In this document: positions 54,925-64,000 of the stretch, in pieces | How the letters are laid out: the number at the start of each line of letters is the position of its first letter | Position numbering within the stretch: the first letter of the stretch is position 1 | Source of the DNA: Octopus sinensis | Taxonomy: Eukaryota | DNA: 64,000 bases | Assembly: GCF_006345805.1 (NCBI RefSeq) | Contig: NC_043000.1 | Coordinates: forward strand, 128,650,001-128,714,000 | Reading direction: 5' to 3' | The notes under the pieces: generated by a model | Database searches by the model: none | What the model saw: only the letters and a program-made list of their open reading frames with translations | What the model was told of the DNA's origin: nothing | Made by a program: the position numbers and the translations under genes

Positions 54925-55070
54925 CAGTGACGTAGCGTGGTTTCGGCAGCCCTGTGCGGTAGCCAAATTGGCCGCTTCCTTAAACGTAACAAACCTTCAA
55001 CAAAATCAAAAGTGCATTTACCATAAACCGGTCACCGTTGCACATTTTGTACACCCACGCTACGTCACTG
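54925..55070. mobile_element. 146-bp hAT-type MITE with perfect 16-bp TIRs and an 8-bp TSD
   Basis: CAGTGACGTAGCGTGG...CCACGCTACGTCACTG flanked by TGATTTGG and GGATTTGG (7/8 identical). Confidence 0.85.
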
Positions 55071-55439
55071 GGATTTGGGCATAAGATCAAAGTATTTGAA
55101 GGGTAGAGCTATTACTGATTTGCCAGATTCTAGTCCTAGACTACTATATATTGTATCAATAACGGAAGAATTGATTAACAATGTTGATCTTCGTTAGATT
55201 TGAACTTAAAACGTGAAAAACCTTTTTTTTTTCTTTGGCTTCTCGGTTTGTGAGCTAAAAAAATTGATTTCTAAAATGTGTGTATATGAGTGTGTGTGCG
55301 AGCGCGAGCGATGTGTGCTTCCTTGGAAATTTATTTTATTGATCTTCGAAAGGAGAAGCAATACGTACACTAGCAGGATTTGAACTCAGAATATAAAGAG
55401 GCATAACTGAGATGCAGATGCCTTTGGAAGGAGGTAGTA

Positions 55440-56091
55440 GGTAAAGAAGGGTGACTTGAAATCAAAGGCATAAGTGATTTTCTGTGCTGCGCAGGAACAG
55501 GCACTTAAGACAAATTATACCAAATGCAGGATTGACAATGCTGCAGAAAGTGTGTGGTGAGAAAGGTGAGACTGTATGGCGTATTATGCATGAAGCTGCT
55601 CTAAAAAATACAAAAAAAAAAAGAAAGACATGATAATGTAAAAATGATTCATTGAAAGTTGTGTGGCAAATATGAACTGGATAAAGTAAAGACGTGTTAT
55701 GGGTAAACACCAGAAGGAGAATTACAATGTAACGACAGAGTGGAATATAAATGATCCAACATGATCATGAAATTGAACAAGGAAAGCTGGGCAGAGTGCT
55801 TGTGAATAAAGACGAGAGAAAAAAAAAGACCTGTTTAATCATAGATATTGCACGGTGATGACAGTATCGAAAAGAGAAACAGTAGATATGATTGATTTGA
55901 AATAGATAAAAAAACTGTGGCCACTGAAGAAGTTTAGTGTTGTACCTGATATTGTTAGAGCTCCGAGAACTATAATAACCAAGCTCACAAACTGGATTGA
56001 AAATATAGGAGTAAATGGGAAGATAGAGCAACAACAGAAAATAACATTGCTTAAAACAGCACGAATTTTCTGCAGAGACCTCGAAATCTGA
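55440..56091 (+). mobile_element. R4/Dong-like LINE, 3' ORF end (zinc knuckle and RLE)
   Basis: KKGDLK...CAAQEQALKTNY...RHDNV...HWKLCGKY-like segment...KTCLIIDIA...SVVP.IV...LLKTARI...LEI*. Confidence 0.8.
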
Positions 56092-56229
56092 ATGAAGAAT
56101 GTTAGCGTATGAGAATGTTTGTTAGTGTATGAAGAATGTTTGTTATGAGCTGCATTAAGCAGCACCACTAGCAGCAGCAGTAGCAGTAGCAGCAGCAGCA
56201 GCAACAACAACAACAACAGAAACAAGAAT

Positions 56230-56442
56230 GGTTTCAAATTTTGGTACATGGCCAGCCATTTAAGGTGAGAGGTTAAGTCGATTACATCGTCCCCGGTGCT
56301 TGACTAGTACTAATTTTATCGACTCTGAAAGGATGAAAAGCGAAGTCGACTTCGGTGAAATTTGAACTCAGAACATAAAGACGGGCGAAATAACCGCTAA
56401 GTATTTTACTCGGCCGGCTAACGATTCTGCCAGTTCACCGCC
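56230..56442 (-). mobile_element. SINE family 1 copy
   Basis: Full-length reverse-complement match. Confidence 0.85.
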
Positions 56443-56443
56443 T

Positions 56444-56519
<76 letters not shown>

Positions 56520-56595
56520 ACTACTACTACTGCTGCTGCTGCTACTACTACTACTGCTGCTACTACTACTACTGATGATGATGATGATAATAAAT

Positions 56596-57075
56596 GCCTT
56601 GATACAGTACCAAGCAGTGGCTCTCAATGTTTCTGATCTTAACTGATTGAAAGTGTTATCATGTATATTGTTTTGTCTTGGTATAAAAGATAGGCCACAA
56701 CAAATATTGTGCCCAATACCACAGATTTGCTTGACCTCAGCCATCTCCCTTAGTAGTTAACGATATGTTCATCTCTGGTCAGAAGCAGGAATAGTGGGGG
56801 AGCATCATAGCCGTGTGTTGGGGGAATTCTTTGGGGTTTGAATAATTCACCTCTCGAAACATGGATGTTTCGTTTGTCATCCTTAAATTAACCTTATACA
56901 GTTACCTTTTGATCAAGATGGGCGACTCTATCTGAAGAAAATTCTAACTGGGCCACATCTGCAAGGTTATATGCTGTTTATCTTGATATGAGACCACCAT
57001 GTCGCGCACATATGGTTGTGATGCACTCATATGGTTGTGTGCTTGAGTACCCTTATCAGACGGGTAGTCATGATG
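56596..57075 (-). mobile_element. Unclassified ~560-bp dispersed repeat (other copies 39370-39512, 58991-59242, 62476-63390)
   Basis: Shared GTGGCTCTCATGGCTTCTGATCTTAACTGATTGGAAGTGTTATCATG and ACCTGAAGAAAATTCTAACTGGGCC. Strand inferred from the (ATT/ATC)n tail position. Confidence 0.75.
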
Positions 57076-57109
57076 AGTATTGGCGATATTAATGGTCTCT
57101 GATTTGGAA

Positions 57110-57243
57110 TTGACGTAGCGTGGTTTTGGCAGCCCTGTGCAGTAGCTAAATTGGCTGCTTCCTTAAACGTAGCGTACCTTGCACAATAGCAAAAATGCGT
57201 ATATAATAAATCGGCTGCCATTGAGCACTCTGTACGTCAGTGT
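57110..57243. mobile_element. Second, more decayed copy of the 54925 MITE
   Basis: TGACGTAGCGTGG.TT.GGCAGCCCTGTGC.GTAGC.AAATTGGC.GCTTCCTTAAACGTA is shared. Flanked by TGATTTGG on both sides. Confidence 0.8.
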
Positions 57244-57269
57244 GATTTGGGGATAAGATCAGAGGTCTT

Positions 57270-57750
57270 CCTCACATCCGATGTCATTTTGTATCTTTAC
57301 AAGTCCACAATTGACCCTTGTATGGAATACTCTTACCATATTTGGGTAGGTTCACCATCTTGTCACTTGCATCTCCTCGTCTAAGTTCAAAAACGTGTCT
57401 AATTTTTGCATCAACTCTGCAACCCTTGTTACATCGATATGATGTCGCTAGTCTTTTCTATCGTTATTACCACAGGAAGTGCTCTAATGAATTTTCTCTC
57501 ATAATTTCAGGTTACTTTACTCAGCATCTTCATCTAAATGCTGTTGTACTTCCACGACAGGCGTAGCTTCTCTGCCAGACTTCTAGACTCTCTTGCACGT
57601 CATTGTTTTTCTCTTTCGTATGACCCAAACTCTTTCGATTCTAAAGTATATTAATTCCTCTCGTCTTAATTTCTCCTTCATCATAGAACCTTGCACTAAG
57701 TGGCTTCTCGCCTGGTTTCGGACTGTCTTATAATTATAAAAATAGGACGA
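57270..57750 (+). mobile_element. CR1/L2-group LINE 3' end
   Basis: LTSDVILYLYKSTIDPCMEYSYHIW...VQKRV...LQPLLHRYDVASLFYRYYHRKCS. Confidence 0.75.
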
Positions 57751-58115
57751 GGCAAAAGAAATAGAAAAGACGGTAAAAAGCGATAAAAATATACAAAGTA
57801 TGTGATAACGTTAGTGATACAGTTCTGATACAGGAGAAACTTCATCAAAGACGCCCACAGATCCAGGGTTACTCTGGCTACCAAAGGCACGAGCCCTTTC
57901 CCAACTGTTGTTCTCTAATCTATCGGGGCATGCTTATTGTAGGGCCATTCATTCTAATCAATTTTTCCACAGTTTCTTTTCTTTTCACAAATTCACTGGG
58001 ATGAAGCATCTCCCTCTCAACTCTCATTTTTCTTTCGAAGTGGAGCTTAGAAAAGTCGTTGAGGGCTTTACTGAAGACGTGTCATCCAATAATGATTTCT
58101 TTTATTTGCTACTAG
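57750..58115 (-). mobile_element. Tx1-like LINE 3' end, second copy, tail-to-tail with the CR1-like fragment
   Basis: Minus strand LNDFSKLHFERKMRVEREMLHPSEFVKR...LIRMNGPTISMPR* parallels LINFFKYHFKWKVRVERESLPSSMFIKR...LVRLNRSTLSILF* at 23.3 kb. Confidence 0.75.
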
Positions 58116-59322
58116 AGCGACGGATGAGAGAGACAATGTAAAGTCAGACAGAGCGTTGGAGTTTACATAGAATAAAATGATATAAAATATGTGAAAGGTA
58201 TACACAGTATACGGTAAAAATAAAAGAAAGAAGTATGCATAGTATACACCCGTAAAAAGAAAAGAAATTGTGATACTGATGTTTCACGCATCTCAGTTGA
58301 GTAATTTCGGCGAAAGATTTTGTTATTGTTGCTGTTGTTGTTGTTGTTGTTGGAGGTGGTAGTGGTGATGGTGGCTTCGATGTTTGTTAAAAATTTTCAT
58401 TTTTAGTTCGTCCTCAAACTAAAAATGTGTCTTCAATGTTTTTGTTAAAATTTTTCATTTTCTATTTATCTTCAAATTGCTTGTTGTTGTGGCTGCTGTT
58501 GCTGTTGTTATTAGTGTTTTTATTAGCATTTTCCATTTTTGTTTATTTTCAAATTTGCTGTACTTTACGTCGTCGTCTGTTTTCGCAGCAGTGACGTAGC
58601 ATATCCCAATCACATTCTCTTCACAACGTTCTGGTAACGCTTCTCTCTCTTCCTCTCTTATAATTAATGTTCACTGTCTCGTCTGATGCTTTCTCCATGG
58701 AGGAAGAAAACAAAGAATTTCATTACAGAAACAAGATTAAATCGAGCGGTTCCCCTAGAATGGGGGACAGCGTACGAAAACAAACTCACCAGTCGGCGGT
58801 AAACAACTCATCTTCCACGATGTCACATATTTCAAAACTCAATGCAACAGTTTGTTGTGATTCATATTCGATTTGTTTACAAAAAAATTCAGTGCCGTTG
58901 TTAAGCGTAGCTTGCTCGGCAGACGGTAATAATGATGATGATAATGATGATGATGATGATTATGATGATGATGATGATGATGATGATGAAGGTAGTGGCT
59001 CTCATGGCTTCTGGTCTTAACTGATTGGAAGTGTTATCATGTACATTGTTTTGTCTTGGTATAAAAGACGGGTTACAGCAAATATTCTGTTCAATACCAC
59101 AGATTTACTTGTCAGTTGTTTGACCATAACAGGTTGAGCATGTCCTTGGTGGCTGACGATATGTGCATCTCTGATCACGAGCAGAAGTAGTGGGGGAGCA
59201 TCATAGCCATGTGTTGAGAGGGATTCTTTGGGGTTTGAATAAGTATTAATCTTCCTTACACCTTCTACTCTCTTTTTCTTCTAAGCAATTATGACAGCGA
59301 AAGCTGATTTCGTCATTTTATC

Positions 59323-59568
59323 TAAACTTGAACGTATGCTTTCTATGCTCATATTTGATTTTTTTTTTTGCATTTCTATCATATATTTTGTTTTTATTCA
59401 TTCCCGAACTTGATGGGCATATAACAGCAAGTCAGCCGACATTAAAAATCTCTCGTGAGACTTCTTTATCAATGTACCTGAAGAGACCCAGACTGATGGG
59501 TCGAAACATGTGTTGTATCTGATAAAAGTCTAATACGAAATCCATCTTCTACTATTAATTAATACTAC
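59323..59568 (+). repeat. Hammerhead-bearing ~245-bp direct repeat, copy 1
   Basis: Aligns end to end with 60616-60848. Confidence 0.9.
59465..59526 (+). ncRNA. Minimal type I hammerhead ribozyme with intact core (predicted cut 59514/59515, GUU site)
   Basis: TTTATCA-AT-GTAC-CTGAAGA-GACCCA-GACTGA-TGGGTC-GAAAC-ATGT-GTT-GTAT-C-TGATAAA. Perfect 6-bp stem II, 4+7-bp stem I, 2-bp stem III. Confidence 0.8.
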
Positions 59569-59691
59569 TACACACGCACACACACATACACATACACACA
59601 CACAAACACACACACGCACGCACGCGCGCACACACACACACACCACACATACACACACACACACGCACGCACGCACGCACACACACACACG

Positions 59692-59724
<33 letters not shown>

Positions 59725-60004
59725 GCACGCACGCACACATACACACGCACATATATATACTCTCTGAAACAAACCATGCACAAATTCGTTCTTCACAACA
59801 TCTGGAACTGCTTTCAGATACGATCCATCCCATTCTTATAAAAAATGATAATTCTGTCCAAACTGATGTGCTAAACTCAAGTTGTTGTTTATGCAAAGCT
59901 TTAACATCTATTCCACAAATGTCTTGTCGTCATTGCTGCACTTCTTGTACCACCTGTTTCAACATGAATGTAATACACACACACACACACACATACACAC
60001 TATG

Positions 60005-60545
60005 TATCTATCCGCTCAGTCGAAGTCGACTCTCGGTTACTCGATGGATCAGAGTCCTCCAGTCAGTTCTATCCTGGGCCGCTTCTTTCAGATTGGCTAT
60101 GTCCATTCCGGTATCACTCTTGATGGTGTCAAGCCAGCGGGTTCTTGGTCGGCCTCTTCCTCTCATTCCGAGCATGATGTCCTTCTCCAAGGATTTTCTC
60201 CGCATAATATGACCAAAATATGCCAATCTATGCTTGGTGATCCTAGCTTCTAGCGACATTTCTCCATTCGTGAGCCTTGCTGTCCATAGAATTCGTAAAA
60301 GTCTTCTCCAACACCAAAGCTCGAATGCATTAATTCTCTTCTGGTCAGCTTTCTTTAGTGTCCAGGTCTCGCATCCATATGTTGCTATTGGGAAGACAAT
60401 TGCATTCACCAATCTGCATTTGGTAGCGAGTCTGATGTCTCTACTCTTCCAGACCCTGCTCATGCTGACCATTGCCTCTCTGCCTAGTATTATCCGCCGT
60501 CTTATTTCTGGAGTGCAGTCACCATCTCGATTTATTTTGCCCTTG
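60005..60545 (-). mobile_element. BovB-like RTE LINE, 5'-truncated 3' end with an open frame, inserted in a (CA)n tract
   Basis: EIRRRI.LGR...TKCRLVNAIVFPIATYGCETWTLKKADQKRINAFELWCWRRLLRI.W...YFGHIMRR...GRPRTRWLD. CACACACACACACATACA flanks both sides. Confidence 0.9.
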
Positions 60546-60564
60546 CACACACACACACATACAA

Positions 60565-60609
60565 ATTATGCCGTTTTAATCCCGAGCAACGCCGGGTATC
60601 TCTGCTAGT
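60565..60609 (+). mobile_element. Helitron-like 3' end
   Basis: Hairpin CCCGAGCAACGCCGGG (60581-96) followed by CTAG (60605-08) and T. Confidence 0.65.
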
Positions 60610-60615
60610 TATATT

Positions 60616-60848
60616 TAAACTTGAACGTATGCTTTCCACGTTCATATTTGAATTTTTTGCGTTTCTATATTTTTTTGTTTTTATTCATTCTCGAACTTGA
60701 TGAGCATATAACAACAAGCCAGCCGATGTTGAAAATCTCTAGTGAGATTTGTTTATCAATGTACCTGAAAGACTGATGGGTCGAAATATATGTTGTACCT
60801 AATAAAAGTCTGATACGAAATCCATCTCCTACTATTTATTAATACTAT
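60616..60848 (+). repeat. Hammerhead-bearing direct repeat, copy 2 (core broken by a 7-nt deletion)
   Basis: GTAC-CTGAA[del GAGACCC]AGACTGA-TGGGTC-GAAAT-ATAT-GTT-GTAC. Confidence 0.9.
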
Positions 60849-61095
60849 ATATATTATATTCACAACGACCTCGAACCCTCAAGAGTAAACAAGAGAGACA
60901 GAGACAGGCAGAAACAAGGAAAATGCCCCTTGTATTTGAATACTATGTAATATTCTTTTAAAAAACTTTTCTTTTAATTTTTCCAAAATTTAATTGTTTT
61001 CCGTACTTACAGTTGAAAAGGTTTCAATGACTGAAACCGGTACTGAAATGTTTTTTATAAAATTATTTTAGCATTTTCTACCTTGGTTCTTATTT

Positions 61096-61195
<100 letters not shown>

Positions 61196-61444
61196 GTATA
61201 TATATATGTATGAGTGCATGTCTTTGTATCTGTTTGACTCCCATCACCGCTTGACAACTGGTGTTGGTGTGTTTACATCCCAGCAACTTAGCAGTTCGGC
61301 ATAAGATACCCATAGAATAAGTACTATGCTTAAGGAATAAGTCCTGGGATCAATTTGTTCGATTAAAACCCTTCAAGGCAGTGCTCCAGTATGGCCACAG
61401 CCAAATGACTGAAACAAGTAAAAAAATAAAAGAATCAAAGAATA

Positions 61445-61479
<35 letters not shown>

Positions 61480-61605
61480 GTAAGTATTTTTAATCCAATG
61501 TATTATAGCTATTGTACGTATGTAGCTGAATTTGCTTCGAGATACTTTTCACAAACGTTTAAACGTAGATACACGTGCGTGCACGCATACAGATACACAC
61601 GCTTC

Positions 61606-61714
<109 letters not shown>

Positions 61715-61731
61715 CACATATATACATACAT

Positions 61732-61774
<43 letters not shown>

Positions 61775-62116
61775 TAGATAGATAGATAGATAGATAGATA
61801 GATTAGATAGATATAGGGAAAGGGAGTAAAAGAAGTGGGACAGTAGAGTGTATAAAATGTTGTGAGTCATTTGCGTGATAGAGTCCGCTGCTTGACCTTT
61901 CGTGATCAGAGGTATGTATCAATAGGTGATCAGGTCTATTGACCTTTCTGCAGATTGATCAGTGGTACCTGTTCCCGACAGTTAAGTGCCCAGAAACATA
62001 ACAAAACGCCATTAGCGGATTTGAACACACAATCCACAAATGCTTGGGCCAATAAGGAACTTATTCGGCCTTTTTTCTTCACCCTTCTACATGTACACAT
62101 ACGCATTCACATGCAC

Positions 62117-62194
<78 letters not shown>

Positions 62195-62209
62195 ATAAAT
62201 ATATGTATG

Positions 62210-62290
<81 letters not shown>

Positions 62291-62305
62291 GTCTATTTAT
62301 ACTTA

Positions 62306-62475
62306 TCTCTCTATATATAAACGGCAGTTTGTCTGTCTGTGTGTCTGTTAGGTTGTACCCTCACCCTGACCACGGCTTTCAACCGATTCTGATGAAACTT
62401 GACACACACATAGCCCAATGTCATAATTCAAAACTAACGCAGCGAAAATTTTGAAAAGTTCCCCCAGTTCTGAAA
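62306..62475 (+). mobile_element. Non-autonomous Helitron-like (DINE-1/HINE-type) 5' end
   Basis: TCTCTCTATATATAAA, then a (TGTC)n tract and AACCGATTCTGATGAAACTTG, the layout typical of these elements. Confidence 0.6.
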
Positions 62476-62783
62476 GAGGAATGATTTGGCGTTTGAATAA
62501 TTCACCTCTGGAAACATGGGTGTTTCGTTTACATCCTTAAACAACCCTTATTCTAGGACCTTTTGAACAAGATGGGCTACTCGACCTGAAGAAAATTCTA
62601 ACTGGGCCCCACCTGCAAGGTCATGCGCTGTTTATCTTGATATGGAATCACCATATTATGCACATATGGTTGTGATACATATGCCTGGTGTCCCCCTATC
62701 AGACGGGTAGTCATAATGGGTATACTGGGCTTCGTATATTTTACCCCAGTATCACTTTGATGGAATGCGTTCCTCTCTTGCTC

Positions 62784-62814
<31 letters not shown>

Positions 62815-63390
62815 TAATAATAATAATAATAATGCCCTGATGCAGTACCCGACAATGGCTCTCGTGGCCTCTGATCTTAACTGATTGGAAGTGTTATCAT
62901 GTGCAGGCTTTGTCTTGGAATAAAAGATGGGCCACAACAAATATTCGGCTCAATACCACAAAATTGATTGTCAGTTGTTTAACCTTAAGCAGTAGAGCAT
63001 GTCCCTTAGTGGATGACGATATGTGCATCTGTGATCACGAGCAGAGGTAGTGGGGGAGCATCACAGCCATATCTTGAGAGGAAATCTTTGTGATTTGAAT
63101 GATTCATCTCTGGAAAGATGAGTGTTTCGTCCAACATCCTTAAACATCCCTTATTCAGGGACCTTTTGAGCAGGATTGGCTACTCGACCTGAAGAAAATT
63201 CTAACTGGACCCAACCTGCAAGGTTATGCGCTGTTTATCTTGATATGAGATCACCATATCGTGTACATACGGTCGTGATGTGTATGCCTGGTATACCCTC
63301 TTCAGACGGGTAATCATGATGGGCATACCGGGCTTTGTATATTTTACCCCACTGTCACTCTGATGGCATGCACTACTCTCTCATTCAATA
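62476..63390 (-). mobile_element. Partial tandem (half copy, (AAT)n, full copy) of the ~560-bp unclassified repeat
   Basis: 62476-62785 duplicates the right half of 62834-63390. Confidence 0.8.
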
Positions 63391-63407
63391 ATAATGATAA
63401 GCGTAAT

Positions 63408-63617
63408 GCGGCGAGCTGGCAGAAACGTTAGCACGCCGGGCGAAACGCTTAGCGGTGTTTCGTATGTCTTTACGTTCTGAGTTCAAATTCCGCCGAGGCC
63501 GAATTTGCCTTTCATCCTTTCGGAACAGATAAAATAAATACCTGTTGCGTACTAGGGTCGATCTAATCGACTGGCTCTCTTCCTAAAAATTTCGGGTCTT
63601 GTGCCTAGAGTAGGAAA
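63408..63617 (+). mobile_element. SINE family 1, consensus-like full-length copy
   Basis: tRNA-like head (TGGCAGAAACGTTAG, B box GAGTTCAAATTCC), central TTTGCCTTTCATCCTTTCG domain and A/T-rich tail. Confidence 0.9.
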
Positions 63618-63719
63618 GAAAATAATAATAATAATAATAATAATAATAAGCTTTATAATCCCCAATAATATTATGCAAATTAATATTTTGATTGTTAAAT
63701 TATGTTAGCTAGAAAAGGA

Positions 63720-63870
63720 AGGATAGTGCCCTTAACCTTTGCAAGTAATACTTCGTCATTGGGGAGATTGAAGTTGTTGATGCTCATTTTAAGCATCTGA
63801 AGGTCGGTGTCTGCAGGGAAAAAGGTAGGCGGTGAGGAAATTCCAGAGATTCGTGGTTATTGTAGCGGAG
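63720..63870 (-). mobile_element. CR1/L2-group LINE extreme 3' ORF fragment
   Basis: Minus strand TNLWNFLTAYLFP..TDLQMLKMSINN resembles T..LWNSLP..VFP...L..FK..IN. Confidence 0.4.
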
Positions 63871-64000
63871 TGATGGTTGTTATGGTGATGGTGGGTGTTG
63901 TGGCTATAGTAGTTGCTAGTAATAGTTGTGGTGATGGTGGTGGTGATTGCTGATGTGGTGATGTAGTTGGTGGTTATTGAGGTAGTTGGGTTATAGTTGT

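Noticed and set aside
59765-59985. Unique spacer between the hammerhead repeats as Penelope ORF or mariner remnant
   Set aside because: No GIY-YIG or RT motif on +. The minus-strand FYKNGMDRI only faintly resembles mariner C-termini, too weak to call.
63010-63135. CTGACGA/GAAAC strings in the ~560-bp repeat as a hammerhead
   Set aside because: Core halves cannot be placed around a closed stem II with a paired stem I; GAAACA…TGTTTC is simply a hairpin.

Overview
AT-rich, extremely microsatellite-dense eukaryotic DNA. The SINE families and microsatellite load suggest a coleoid cephalopod, probably Octopus (inference). No complete gene can be called. Nearly all listed ORFs are microsatellite read-throughs. 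One plausible + strand exon pair (1-17 and 2398-2450) hints at a host gene, so much of the window may be intron. The rest is layered mobile DNA: three tRNA-headed SINE families; decayed LINE fragments of several clades (R4/Dong-like, Hero-like, Tx1-like, RTE-like, BovB-like RTE, CR1-like); hAT relics and MITEs; and Helitron-like ends. The main observation is at least five unrelated repeat loci carrying minimal type I hammerhead ribozyme motifs (CUGANGA-stem II-GAAAC-self-complementary cap-GUH). They always occur in 2-3 copies: direct repeats (59.3/60.6 kb, one copy with an intact core), tandem repeats (20.7-21.3 kb), or fold-backs with two outward-facing hammerheads (5.3-5.7, 32.5-32.9, 36.1-36.9 kb). 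A second notable structure is an RTE-like LINE with a twin-priming-type 5' inversion (28.3-30.3 kb). All assignments were made by eye. Boundaries are approximate unless exact motifs are quoted.
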